From Amphiscolops sp. MND2022 (Eukaryota), in assembly GCA_964187785.1 (NCBI GenBank), contig OZ076409.1, positions 31,498,001 through 31,562,000 of the forward strand: a DNA stretch of 64,000 nt, read 5' to 3'. How positions within the stretch are numbered: position 1 is the stretch's first letter; each line of letters starts with the position of its first letter. The notes beneath the pieces are model-generated. The model saw nothing but the letters and a program-made list of their open reading frames with translations, was not told the origin of the DNA and made no database searches. This document shows, piece by piece, positions 35,357 to 49,700 of the stretch. The position numbers and the translations under genes are program-made.

Positions 35357-37569
35357 TTAATGAATGATGGCTTCAAAATGCGATGTAAGTATAGGTTTTG
35401 TATGGAGAATTTTGGTCAAGACATGCTTCGGGAGGGTACTTTTGAAGTTCATCATCGGTGGAATGAATATCATCCGATGGCCAAAAGTGTACGAGATTTT
35501 CTTTTCTAGTGGAGTACGCATTCTATTGGATGATAGGTTTTTGAGAAAGGGTTTTGGTCGAATAGTGGTATAATCCGTCTGGGTCGTAGCATCACATTTT
35601 TGAATGAAAATATCAGGGTGTTTATGCAATTTAAGGTATTGCTCAAAATTTATTTTGTTGATCTGAAAAATTTGAAACATTTTGAAGAGGATCATTCGTG
35701 TTAGAATGGGATCTGCCTTTTTCTCTTGTGTAAGCTGGGTATATGATGTTGATATATGGTTCTTTAGAATAAGAGATCGAAGTCGAGTGGAAGCAATTGG
35801 GAATTCTGATACAGATGTATCCTGCGAAGTCATCGTTGTTGAAATGGAAGAATTTAAATGAATATTCTTTAGAAAGATGTCGTTGTAGAGAGGCGTTGAA
35901 TCGGCGAGTTGAAAGAAGAAAGAAGTTTGACAATTCTCACATAAAATAGATTAATTTGTTCACATTTAAATTTCCTTTTTAAATAAATTTGTATTGTTGA
36001 CATTTTTGTGATGTATTTTATTGTGTTCTATCTTTCTAATTTTAGGAATTAACATGGCGTATTTTGAAAATCTTTTCAAGAGTATTCAAAAAACTTTGAG
36101 GAGTTCTGTTGAAATTTTTTTTGTCCGTAATGAACATTTATGTTATACTGGTATACAAGTGTGTTCTAATGATTAACATAAATTATAATCATGCATAGCA
36201 AGCATAAGTAGATAAATTCAAGTTATTTTGACAGGTTGTTAAAGAATTAAGGGATAAGTGTTGAAATTTTTAAAGCTTTTGTCCCATATTTACCAGTTGA
36301 GATTGTTGGATCTTTTCAAATGTGTAATTGATTTCATCTAAGGATGTGCGTATACACGAAGCTGATGGGCTAACTCTTGTCGTATCAAATGCATTAGATC
36401 TCGGGCTTGTTCAAGTGTATTTACAATATCAGCAATAGTAATGAGTTTATCCTTTTTTTTGGGTTATGATACGGTTTTCAAATTTCCTTTAATTCCTTAC
36501 AATTTTGTATTTCTTCAGTGGGGGAAAACTTTCTGATTTAGGAGTGTCAATTGTTGATTTATTAGGAGGTTCTTGATTTGTCTTTTTGTGTTCTTTAGTA
36601 TTTCTTTTTGTAAGAATTGAGATAAGATGGGAAATATTGAATTTTATGGGAGTATCCTTTTTTTGCTATGGCGTAATAATAAGCTTTTTCACAGTCTCCA
36701 AGACGTTGGAAGACTATGGGTTGAAATGGAGGAAGAGGGTCTGATATACATTGAGGTATATCTTCTTGTAATAACGAGTCATCATTCAAGATGAAGTATT
36801 CTTGTGGTACTATGATTGGTCTTTCTGGATTCTCATTTGGAAGGAAGAGAAAGCTTTGTTTCAATGGGTCATAATTTCTGAGTTTTCCTTTAATTTTAAT
36901 GTGATCTATTAGATATTCTGAGTTGAAAGTGAAAGGTGAGGTATATTTCGAGTTGAAGAATATATAGTTTTCAGGTTCTTTGTATTGGAGGAACTTCTGG
37001 TATGTAATATGATGGGCTTTCCTTGTTTGATATGGCAAGAAATTAGCATCGTTCACTTCAGTTCTAAGATCATATGGAGATGGTCTTGGGAAATTGTATT
37101 AAAGTGAGAAAATTTTCACTTTTTTCTTTAACCACCAATCATATGGGGTGATTAATTTTGAAGCAATTGGGGTATGGTAATCATTTTTGAATTCTCTGAT
37201 GATGAATTTGTATTTCGGAGTCATATACAAAGAGGTTAGAAGGGATTGAAATGTGAATTGTCTTGATGATAAGATGGGAATTAGATCACAATCTCGATCT
37301 TCATCTTGTTTTAATGACTTTATGAAAGGAGGGCAGGCGCCAGATTCCATAAAAGGTTTATCAGCGGTTATATCTGGATATTTTTTCTTTTGAGAGTTTG
37401 CGTTTATATGATCAATTTGTTCTACTGGAATAGTTTGTATGCGTTCCTGAGTTTGTGAAGATGAATTATTTTCTTCGTTAACATTTTGTTGTATAGTTAT
37501 ATTCAAAGGGGATACAAGCAATTCGGAAGAACTAGAGTTAACTACATCAATTTCGGGCAAGGATTCCAT
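35357..37569 (-). pseudogene. Extra ORF(s) of unknown function between env and the 3' LTR
   Basis: Co-oriented ORF fragments 37099-37569, 36595-37056, 35643-35933 and 35357-35833 in AT-rich DNA; no motif recognised. Confidence 0.5.
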
Positions 37570-38155
37570 TATTTTAACTTTCTTGAATTCGTAACGCTAA
37601 AATATTACTTTTGTTTAACAAATGATAATGTTAATATTAAACAAATTAGGGTAATTTATTTTTAGGTATTTTAGTTCATTCGTTTAGAGTTTTTGAAAAT
37701 AAGTTTTAATTTGTACTTACAATATTGGAATATCAGTTGTGGGTCGAAACATCAACAATCACAGTGGCATCTATTCCCGAAATAGAAACTTCTGTGATTT
37801 CTATGACTCGTGGTTTACAGGGAGTGAAGAATTTTTCCAAGTGGGGTATGAAGTTCCAAGTGAAGTTTTTTGGTTGGGTTGAGGTATGCAGCTTGTCCAA
37901 GTAAGAGTTTTTGGATAGAATGAAAGTTGAATTGTGGAGGTATTTGTTGTTGATTTTTTAAACTTTGAGTTTAATTTGGTTTATTTGGTTATTACTTTCT
38001 CCAGCCAGGAGGAGTTAAATTTTATAAAGACATTAGCGGGGCTTTCCGGTAAAGCTATTATATTTTGTACCATGAGATCATAGTCCTGAGAAGTTTGGGA
38101 TGAACTAATATCGTTAATCTTACTTGGGTCTGTCCTTTTTGGTAATTGAAGGGTC

Positions 38156-40553
38156 TAATTTTTACTTGTATCATTAGGAGGTAAATACGGGGAGTCACTA
38201 TTGGAGTATCTTCTCATTTTTTTGTGTTCCTTTGTCGGACAACAGGATATTATCATTTTCACTTGTGGTAATTTTGTGTTTAGTATATATCCGTTTCCGT
38301 TTTCCAGTAATGTTTAAATCAGTAACCATTTCCGATGTAACTAAATTTAAAAATCCATGGGCTATTGAACTCAAAAAGGAAATGTTGCTTTGTAGATTAT
38401 ATTTTATACTAAATGTTCTGTAGAATTTAAGTAGGAAACTTAAAACTTCTCTAATGAAAAGGAAGGTGTAGAAATAAATTCCACATTGTGTTGAAACAAA
38501 ACATGGATACCCAAAGAAATTAATGAAAGCTTGACTAAACCAGTCAGGGTTGAAAAGTGGTAAAATGTTTAACAGGTGATCATGTAATCCAATCCTTGAA
38601 TGATTACAAGGATTTGATCCTGCGTGAGAGTGTTGTTCATTATGTACTGTAATGAAATCATAGCTTAATGATTTTCCGAGTAATTGGAGAGTTGTAACTG
38701 AGTGTTTTGCGAATTATACTCTGTTCCAGAATTGATCTAATTCTGCATTCGAGTATATACCGGCATCTCGAGCGATAAATGTATTGGGTGTTATTGTTGT
38801 CTTAATTTGAGTAGGTTTGAACATTTGTGGTGCTTCTCTTTTGAGCGGGTCTGGTGTTAACACATAAAAATCTCCGTCATCTGTATCTGGATCTAATTCA
38901 ATAATGTTTTGTGAGTTATTTCCACATTCTATTGGTGTTGCATAAATTAAAGTTTGTCTTGTTATGGGGTCTACATACAATATAGTTTCTCTAAAGTGTA
39001 TGGGAATTCTATCAAAGCATTTTTCTGCTTTGTATAGAGGTTATATAAAATGAGGGCAATCATACAGCCATGCTGTAGATCCTTCAACATAGAGGAAGTT
39101 ACTGAGATTTCCAGTTAAAAGAAAACCGGCTAATTGAGGGTTTTTAACCGACATAGCTAAGATTGTTAACAATTGTGTTCTTTCTTATTCAAATACTGTG
39201 TGAAGAGTATTTAATTCTTGTACTGTCATAGATTTAAAAACATGATTCATTGTGAAGTCAATTTTTGTATTGATATGAGCATCATAGTCTAGAGTGGCGA
39301 AATTGTTTGATACATTTAGTGCGTGGAATATATACTTCTGATTAGAAGTATCAAAATGTATTCTTCCACTAATATTTTGATCTATTATTGAGTGTGGTCT
39401 TGGTTGTCCATTATCCATATCAAAACCATCCAAGTATGTAACAAAGATGTCGTCATTTTGTGTTGAATATAATGGTTCTGGTTTTCCACAAAAGGTTTGT
39501 GCAATTGGGTATATTTCAAATCCAGAAAGACTTGGGTTGTCTACGGTTGATTGTGATGTTTTCACATTGGGATATTTTGTTCCTTGTATTCCTTCGCTTT
39601 GAAGGTTTTGTGTATTGTTTGAGGATTCGATAAAGTTATCAGTTCCTATCCAATATCGGTCTTTATTCCTTGTCATTCTTCCAATGAATTCTTGTAATCG
39701 AAATATGAGACAAAATTTTTCATCAAACCATATTAATGTGTATGGGGTTCTTGTTGTTGGTTTACAAAATCCGTTTGAATAGTAACACGGTAGCATATAT
39801 CCTTCGTGAATCATTTGGTTGTTTTTATCATCATCTGTTATTTCAGCATCAGTTATTCTGAGTTTCCAATTTTTTCGAGTGATTAAATGTTCTCTGTCAC
39901 TTGCACATCTTGAATAAGTATTATGTGTGAAGTAAACTATCCAGTCTGCATAATGTTCATCATACACGAACGTTCCAATATGCCAAGCATTTAATCTTTT
40001 TACTCTAAATGGTTGTTGAACTTGTTCAGTTTTATTTTGATAATCACTATCATCAAAAAATGAGAAGGAACTTCGGATATTGTAATTATTTAATTCGTTA
40101 CTATCGGTCGCGTTTAAATATCTTATCATATTTTTGCATTCTACAGGGTCAAGTATTTTCGGAAGTTCTAATTTATTTTGTCCCCGTTGTAAACGATCAT
40201 ATCGTCTACTAGATGAAAATGTTTGTGAACACCAAATTTTTTCAGTTTTCATATGCTTCATATTTTAAGGCTTTGAATCTCTTTGCTTTTGCTCTAACAT
40301 ATACTGTTGCTTGGGTTTTTGAGTGTTGTATATCTGAGGGTGCTTGTTTACATGGTTCAACATTTAGTAAGCTAACCTGTCTTAAGTTGTTCTGTTTTGC
40401 ACAAATTTTAAGGGATACCATAAGGTTCAAAATATTTGGATCTTGTTCTGAAATATGATTTTCTGAATTTGTTGTATCAACTTTAGGAACTGATGTAGAG
40501 TTAACAATGTGTATTATATATGCAATATATGCATTGAAAAGTATGTTTTTCAT
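38156..40553 (-). pseudogene. env: Envelope glycoprotein resembling chuvirus G / class-III fusogen family
   Basis: Signal peptide MKNILFNAYIAYIIHIVNS; C...SLLNVEPC motif; ...LHTV.E..RTQLLTILAMSVKNPQLAGFLL...VEGSTAWLYDC...CFDRIP...YVDPITRQT...PIEC; C-terminal TM FGYPCFVSTQCGIYFYTFLFI. Broken by stops and frameshifts; 3' end approximate. Confidence 0.7.
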
Positions 40554-42439
40554 GGTTAAAATATAGTTCTATAGTTAAGTCCTGAGATGGGATTGAAGAA
40601 GTGTATATGACCTGTTCTAATTTCTGGTAATTCTGCGTCACAATAAAATATTGATGTGACTAAAAATGATGAGGGAGTAATTTTATATGCTGCTCTTGTT
40701 GAAAGAGAAAATGGATGAGGTTTTAAGGAGTTGAATGTAACTTCAACTTCGAATTTTAATACTAATTGATCTTCTTGTCATCTTCGTAGTTCTCTTTGTT
40801 TTCTTGGGTTTGAAAGAGAACTATTGTTTATCTATCTATCTGGGAGTACAGTGTATCGAGGATCTTTGTTAATGCTGCGAATAATCTTTGAGTTAACACG
40901 GATAGGGTATTCGTGTAGGTTTGGTGTAGGAAGTCTCGAATAGTCTTCCAGAAAATATTCGGGTAACTGTACGGATGAATCAGATAATATTGAACTAGGT
41001 GAATAAACTCGTGAAAAGTTTGCTGCACTATCTGATATAGTTTGAGGATCTTCTGGAAGGAGGGATGCTGTTTCAAATCCTGACGTGACTTGAAATGGTA
41101 TTGATAGAGAAGATGGTATAGTGGGGTGAGATGAGGAAAGAAGGAGTTTCTGATCTGGGTTGTGCTTGTTGTCTAACTAGTCTTGAGTTTGTACTGGAAC
41201 TAGTTAAAGGTTGTAATTCATGAGAATTTCTTCGTGATTGGGATCTGAGGTTATAACTATGTCGTGGTACTCTGGTACTAGCAGTTGAATCAGAGTCTTT
41301 ATCTTTGTAATAAAGGTCTGTTAAGGAAGAAGTAGTGTTTGATTGTAGGTCTAATTCTAGTCTTGGGTATACCTCAGAAAATGTAAATGAACTTAGTTCA
41401 GATTGTGGACTAACAATATGTTCTGGTATAGTTTTTATTAGGGTTTGACTTGTTGATGGTAGAGCAAGGTTCTTTGGTAATGTAGGTATAGAAGTTTTTC
41501 TAGGTGTTATTGTTGCAGTTGGTATCCTATGTGGACAACAATGAACGTATTGAAGAACTGAGCTAGGATCAGGGATATGAGGAGTGCGAGTGGTAGGAAT
41601 CGGTGGAAGAGGGGGTGTGTTTAGGATTCTTGAAGTATCTTGTACATTGTTTTGGGTTGTGAGTGATTCATCACAAGAGTCACTTGTTGGTGAATTTGTT
41701 TCTAAAAATGGTAAGTTTTGTTGAGTGTATTGTGGTTGAGTTATTGTGATATTTTGTGATTGAGTTGTTATTACTGATGTTTGACTTTGAAGTATAGGTG
41801 TATTATTGGGCCTTACTGTTGCTCTATCAGGAGAATATGGAGCTGATGGGCTATGAATTCAGGATGAGAAATCCAGTATGTCTGTATCTGAATTTAGATA
41901 TGCGGTATATTCAGGTAATGTTTGGAATGAATGGGTTGAACTAGATGATGAGTTGTTTCTGTTTGATGAAGATGAGTGTCTATGTCTATCAATTTTGAAG
42001 TATTTTTTTTATATTTTAGTTTATGTTTTAATTTCAATTTCTTTTACTATTTCTTTTTATAGTTTCTTTCTTCAAATTACTATCTATCAGCATTCAGCTC
42101 AAATTTTCTTTCAGCAGGATTTTTGAGAAGGTGAAATTTTATCCTTTTCACCGAGGAAAAGTTGATAGTCTTTTCGTGGTTGTGGGCGGAAATTGTATCT
42201 ATCATAGGTGTGTCTTCGGGGATTAATATAGTTATCGTAATCATGAAGATCAGATTGATTTTTTGGATTGGTATTATTGGTTTTTTGTTTATTTTGTGGT
42301 ACAGAAATGGGGAGTATTGGTTAAATGATTCTGGTTGAAAATCAATTGTGGATGGTATATCCGTTTCTTTATTGGAATTTATGAATGTGTGGTCTTCGTT
42401 TTCAACTGATTGTTCTTCACCGGAAAAAGAATCAAAAGG

Positions 42440-45400
42440 CTATATCGAGTCATTTATATTCGAGTCAATATTATCATTATCATCAGTTGTTGAATATGGG
42501 TTATATTGTTGTATGAAAGGAAAAATGATTGGTTCTTTTGGGTAATAAGGAACTAAATGATTTCTGTGAATATGAGAAGTGTAACCATCTTGATTAAAAA
42601 TTTCATATGTAATATCAGAAATTTTATTAAAGATTTTAAATGGTCCAATTCTGAAAGGTTTCAATTTATCTGAAAAATGAACATGGAGAAAATTTCTTTT
42701 TAATACAAATGTACCAATGTCTAAGGGTCTTCGATTATTGTATGTTTTATTGAAATAAGCAAATGAATTAATTTTTCTTTTTGTGTTTTCATAGACTGTG
42801 TGATATGTTTGTATCATAGCAGTTTCAGTAGCCAAATACCATTGTGGAATTGGTTTCGATAAGATTTTATGGAAGAAAGGGTTTAAATTTGATTTGTCAT
42901 AATGTTAATGAAGTGGTAAGTCCTGGCAGTTTTGAGAGGTACAGTTGCCATAGGTATCTCTTTGAAGATTGAGTTCAAAGTTCATTGGAATTCTTGGTAT
43001 AGTATGAAATACTATTTCGTATGGTGAAAGGTTTAATTCAGAAAGTGGTTGTGAATTATGTGCATAAGCGTACATATGGACTTGGGTAGACCAGTTTTCT
43101 GGTGTGTTATGTAGAAAAAGTCTGAGATGGGTTCCAAGGTTTTTGTTTTGATTCTCTACTAAACCTTTTGTCCATGGTGCATAAGGAGTTCTTGATGAAT
43201 GTCTGATTCCCATTGTGGTACAAAGGTTTGCAAATTCAGAATTAATGTATTCTGAACCACGGTCTGTAACTAAATATATAGGAGGTCCAAATTTAGTAAT
43301 CCAATGATGTAGTAGGGAATTGACAGCGTGTTGAGCGTTGTGTTGTTTAACAAGTACTGTTACTACAAAGTGGCTGAAGGCGTCTACTATCACATGAATA
43401 TATGAGTTTTGTTTTGATGGTGGATTTATAGGTCCGTTTGTATCCATTGATTGTACCATCGGTAATTGAAATAGGAAGCATTTTCTGAAAATGTTTGTAT
43501 TGTTGCAGTTTGAATTTTTTGACTATTGTGTTTGTTTTGTTGACATTCAATACAATCGTGAATGAATATTGACATCCATTTATTTAAATATTGTAGAAAA
43601 CAAAATTAATTAAAAATTTTTATGGATATTTTAACTCCAGAGTGTCCATGTAGGAAGAAATAATGAAAGTATCTTTTGTATTTGAAGAAAGATGGATCAA
43701 AAAATGGAACTTGTTGATTACAGTAATCAGATTTAGTGGGGTATTGTATTGCTAGTATTTGTTCTTTCGATGTGTTTGTGTTTTGATTCTTCGTAATTTG
43801 TGATTGATTTGGTTCATCTTCATCACTAAGAATATCAGTGTCATTGAGGATAGTTGATTGTTGTAAGTGTGATTTTGCTTGATTCTTTGTAGGTCTCTTG
43901 TATTTAGATTCAAATGGAACAATGGATTGAAAAGAAAATGAATCTAAGGGTTTTAAATGAAAACCTTCTCCTTTATTGTTTATACGAATAGAAAATTGAT
44001 CTTCGCCATAGTCAGCGAGAATTGAGTGGCAATCACCTTTCTGAATATATTTGATTTCTTCATGTTTTACTAAATAGTGTACGGGTTTGAGTTGGTTATC
44101 TTTCATGATAGAGAAGTCTATTTGAGGTGGCAATAGTTTGTGTCGTGATTGATGTATTTGCAGTTGTTCTTTTGTGAAAGTTCTAGAAAACATATCTGCT
44201 ACCGTTAAATTGTTTCCAGGAGTATGAATAATTTTTAGTTTGGAAATATTTTTTAGTTGCATTTGTGCTCTCCAAAATCTTGGGCTGAGGTTTCCTGTTT
44301 TTGCAAAACAGTGAAATAAAGGTTTGAGGTCTGTGAAGATGTATATTGGATAAGGGGAACCAATAATGAGAAATTCATATATTTGTAATGCATAAACTAT
44401 TGCGAGGAGTTCTCTGTCTAGTATTGAAAGTTTTTGTTCTTGTGTATGAAGGATTCGTGAATTGTAAGAAATAACTCTCACTTTTTTCTTCATTCATTTG
44501 GAATAAGACTGCGCCTAAACCAATTAAGGAAGCATCAACTGTTATGAAAAATGGATGTTTTGTATTGGGTATGGTTATTTCAGTTTCTGGTGTCATTGCG
44601 TTTTTAACGTCTTGAAATATTTTTTTCTAATTCGGGTGTACATTGAAATTTAACATCATCATGTAATAAGGTATATAATGGTTTGAGATTTCTATGCAGT
44701 TTTTCAATGAATTTTGAATAAAAGTTTACACTGCCAAAAAATTCCATAACATCTTTCTTTTCTTTTGGTAATGGGACTCTTTTGATGGCTTCAATTTTTG
44801 ATGAGATTGGTTCAATTGTGTTGTCCCCTATTTCATGTCCAAAGAATTTTACTTTAAGTAACATATAAAATAATTTTTCAGGTGCAAGTTTGAGATTTTT
44901 TTGGAGTTCTTCGATAAGTTCAAACATTTCTTGTTTTTCGTCTGCTGATAGTAATATATCATCAATATATACTAACGCAGAACGTTTGTCTATAAATGGT
45001 CGAAAGAAAGTTGACATTTGTGTTGTGAAAAAATTTGGGAGTCCTTTTAATCCATAGAATCCACGGATAAAGGTTTATAATTTATCTCTGGATGATATCC
45101 TGTAAGTTTGATTGTTTCTTCGTCTAATGGAGTTGGGCGTATGCATACATTAAATCAAAAGTTGATTTGTATTTTTTGTTAGCTCTAGCTAATTGAGGAG
45201 CTAAACGTTGAATGGGCAAGATTCAAGTTCTTGATCAGCGTTTGAGTTTAATTGTCTAGCATCTAAAACAACTTTTATTGCGTCTCCTTTTGGGATAATG
45301 ATTAAAAGGTTTAAAAATGTTGTTCCAATAGTGTGTTTTTCTTCTGGCGTGGAGCCAATTTGTTTTATTTTATTATATTTTTCAAGTTCTACTGAGAGTT

Positions 45401-46620
45401 TATTTAGTCTATCTCTGTCATGAATTGGTACTTTACTTTGTGTTTGAAGTTTACAATTTTCTTTCATTCTAATTCTGAATTAAGTAGAAATTTTTCCTAC
45501 GTCTTTTCGATGGTTGGCGTAACAATGTTGATTGTTGATAAGGATATTGCAGAGGTTTACATATTCAGTATCGGTCAAATATGAATATTCAAAGTTGAAC
45601 TTTTTTATAAATTGTTGATTTTCTGGAGTATATGGTAGTGAAAAAAAATCTTTTCTAATTTTATCTGAGGGTCGAAGACTTCCTGTGACAGAAGGTATGG
45701 GTAATTGAAGTGTTTTGTCATTTATTTCTATTTTGTTGATTTCTAATAAGGACTGTGGGATTACTCGAGTACATAAATTCATACCTCTGTAGTCATTTTG
45801 TCTAATCGGAATGGTAGTATCAGGATGATAGGCATGTATTACTGAATGAATAATTGTATCGAATTTACATCATGAACTCTTTTATGAGGAGGTGTTGTTT
45901 GAGTAATAGGGATTTCTACATATCCAATAATTCCTCGTGGTAGTGTAGCTGGATGAGATGTAAAATTTTGAATTACTGTTGAGCAGGAGTCTTTGTTTTT
46001 GTTGTTGACTATCATGTCTAAGAAGTGAAAAGTATTTTTAAATTTTTGTAAGAAGTATGTATATGGAACTGATGGATAAAAGATAGTACCATTTTCCAGC
46101 TCAAAGTGCAAGTTAAGATAATTTTTGATTGGGAAGTGTATAGTCTTTCCTGACCTTGGCTGAAAGTGAATTTGCTCTTTACATTTAATAGTATGAATGT
46201 ATCAGATATATGGGTAATCTTTTTCTGTAAATGCTGAGAAATGTGTTTTGTAGGACGTTTTGGATGTTGTTCTTTATAAGTCATGATTTTTTGTTGAAAG
46301 TCTATATTTTGAATAATTTTCTTGAAGAAAGGTGTTCCAAGAATATTATATTTACTATTTGCTACTGCAAATTCGATATTGAAAGATCGATTTTGATGAT
46401 TTACTTCAGTAAAACGTGTCATTGAAATATAGTGTATTTTTGGTACTTCAGTTTGATTGGCAACTGTAAGAGTATTAGCTCTTTTGTTTTCAATATTTTT
46501 TGGGACATTGACGTTTAATTGTTTTGCAATTACATGAAATGTCCGTAAGTTCAAATTTGATATGGAAGCTCGAGTATCAAAGAGGAGTAGGATTTCTAAG
46601 TTTGAAGGTAATATGTTGTC
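42440..46620 (-). pseudogene. pol: pol of element 2: protease, RT, RNase H, integrase (frameshifted)
   Basis: PR LLFDTRASIS (~46560-46600, degenerate DTG); RT VLDARQLN and YIDD; RH VDASLIGLGAVL, DRELLAIV; IN SMDTNGP, VTDRGSEY, PWTKGLVE. Confidence 0.92.
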
Positions 46621-46771
46621 TTTTCCTTCAGAATTCCTTCAGAAGCATGTACATATAGTGGACAAAACCAACTATAAGGAGTAATTGTGTTTGCAATTTC
46701 AGTTGTTTGGCAAGTATGAATTTCAAATTTAGTACTATCTTTGTTGTTGGTAGCTTTAACATCCACTTGAT

Positions 46772-49700
46772 TTATTCTATTTTGTTGCCTGTTTTGCGAG
46801 GATGTTCTAGATCGTGATCTGTAATCCTTTGGGTAATTATTTGGGTAATTATATATGGGTAATTATATTGTCTAGAAGAGTTTCCTGGTGATTGAGAACG
46901 AGGTTGTGATCTTGATCGTGAATTATAACTATAATTGGAGTTGTTTCTGTATGGTGACCTATATGGAGATCTGGATGGAGTTCTTCTTTGGTAATATTTG
47001 TCATATCGGGATCTAGATGGGTATGGACTTGGAGATCTATTGTAATATCTTTGTCGAGAATTTGATCGAAAATTATTTTGTGAATAATCTCTACTGTTGC
47101 TTCGGTATCTGTCGTTATTTCTATATCGGTCATTGTAGTAGGAGTAGTTTGTTTGATTATATCTATTACGATCGTTATCTCTAGACGAATAATCATTTCT
47201 ATTTTCGTTTCTATTCTCTTGTGAAATACTGGGTTTACTACGGAAGTATTGTACAAAGGATTGTTGAGGAGATCTTGATCTCTGATTTTTATATCGTTGA
47301 TGTTCTTCATCACGTTGTTTTTGATAACAATTTGAAATACCATGATTGTTTTTATGACAAAAAGAACAATATTTTTTGTAGGTTGGTTTGCTTTTGTTAT
47401 TTGGGACTCCAGATTGAGTAATCATTATATGGTCATTCTTTGTTGTTAGTATCATCTTCAATTGATACTTTGTTTATTTCTAAAGCTAGGGCATTTGTTC
47501 TTGTTTTTTCATTAGCGAGATCTTCAGAATCAACATGTCGAACAAGTGTGTGAAATGGTATTGATGGTTCAAGTAAAGTTGATACATGTTTAACTTGTCT
47601 TGTGTGAGCAAAATTTTTTAACTTTTTAGGTAATCCGTTTGTGAAAATTTTTTTGTTTTTGAGATTTATGGTAGATGCACTTTCATTGCATCATCCCTTT
47701 TTAACTAATTGTTGTATTCTAAAAACAAAATGGCGTACTGTTTCATTATCTTTTTTCATGAGTGACATAGCTTCTGCTTGTGCGTAATAAGCTGTTTTTG
47801 AGATGAAAACTGTTTTTTAAACAGTTGTACAAATGAATTCCATTGTTGTTTATATGATATATGGGGATTAGTGTTCCAATCAAGAGCTGTTCCAATTAAA
47901 GAACATTGTATATATGCCATGCCTCTATTATGCCACTATATTTTATAAGATTATTTTGAGGTTCTTCACCTATGACAAAGGTTAATCTTGCTTCAACTTT
48001 TGTAAATATTCTTCTGGGGTGTATGAATGGTCTGAACCGTCAAAAGGTTTCATAGGTTCTGGTATTGAAGCTGAAGTATTTATCAATTTATCTTGTTGTA
48101 TTTGTATATACTGAGGTGAAGGAACTACAGGTTGTATCATGTTTACGGGTGGTGCAAATGTAGTAGGATTATAAGTTATATGTTGATTCAATTGAAATAG
48201 AGGGTCAGTAGATATATGCGAAAGTGGAGGATTTTGAGATCTTCCTTGAGAAGGTTGTACAATGTTGGAATAAGATGTTTTTTAATTTTGTAAAGAAAAA
48301 TTACTTTGTGAGGAATTTGTTTGTAATAAATGTTCGTATGGGTGTTGTGTCCTTAGATTGTTATTGGGTTGAGAAATATTTTGAGTATTGTTTGTTTGAA
48401 TATTTGTATTAGATGGTGGAAAAAAGGAATAATTAAATGGACCATAGTGTTGACTAAAAGTTTGTTGGTTAGCATTACGAATATTTTCTGATTGAATTGT
48501 TTTATTCGACTGCTGAAAAGCAGAAGGAATTGATGGAGGATCATATATAGATCGAGTTGTATTTCGTGTATTATTAGAAATAATCCTTGTAGGTGATAAA
48601 ATATTAACAGAAGTATCGTGCGTAGAAGTTATATTTTGAGTTTCATCTTGTACTACTTCATCTGGGTGAGTTGGAAGATTAAAGGTGATATTACGATGTG
48701 AAGATGTATCTAAGTATGATTGTGGATCATGTGTCTTTTGTCTTGGACTAACAACCCTAGTTTCAATTCGAACAAATTGAGAGGTTGTTGAAGTCTCGGT
48801 TTGTGGTGCATTCTGTGCTGAAGTTGTAGTTTCTGAAGTAGTATACTCACTTGCAGTGTTTTCATTTATGTGGAGTACAAAATCTTCATTACGATTTTCA
48901 TTTTGATTTACAAATCTGTATTCTTCATTTTTATTGTAATTGTCATTGTTGATAAATAGGTTTTGTTCTTGATTGTTCGGTTCATAACGATACGGTCTAT
49001 TATCATCATGAAAATTGTTTTCTGTAATTAAACGAGAATCAAAAGATATGAGATCCATGGTTTGTTGAGTTGTTTTATCTGGTTTGAAAAAGTAAGGATG
49101 TTCATTTTGTTTGTTTATGATGAATGGTAAACATTCATCAGCTGTAAAATGAATATGAAATGCTGCGAAAGCTGGTTGATCTTGTTCTGACCATAATAGT
49201 TGACAAATGAATCTGGAATATTTTCTAGGAAATAAGGGTATCATTTTAGTTTGAGATATTGTTTGTTCGTTCAATGTTATATCTTTGAAATAGTGATATA
49301 GGAAATTTTGTATTCTTAGTATATCTGCTTGTAACCAATGATGAGGATTATTTTGAGTTGTAATTATTCTTTCTATATCTTCTACTTCGAAATTGTGTAT
49401 ATATCGTTCAAGTTTTTCAAGTGCAATTGGGCTAAATTTTGGGTTTTTAAGTGCTAAGTTGTATCCTCTTACTCTATTTAGAAAAGCATAGAAAACTTCT
49501 TTAATAGGAATTTGGAGAGTAATTGGATTTTTTATTCTTCTATATGTTTGAATAGAGGAGGTTTCTTGTTGCGGAAAAGTAATTTGGAAAGATGGATATT
49601 CCGTAGAGGCGGTTGTAGATCTATGTCTGGTATAGCAGAGGTATGTATCCAGATGTTCTCTAATAAAAGGAGTTGTTTCAAGGCTGTAGGGTTCATTTCA

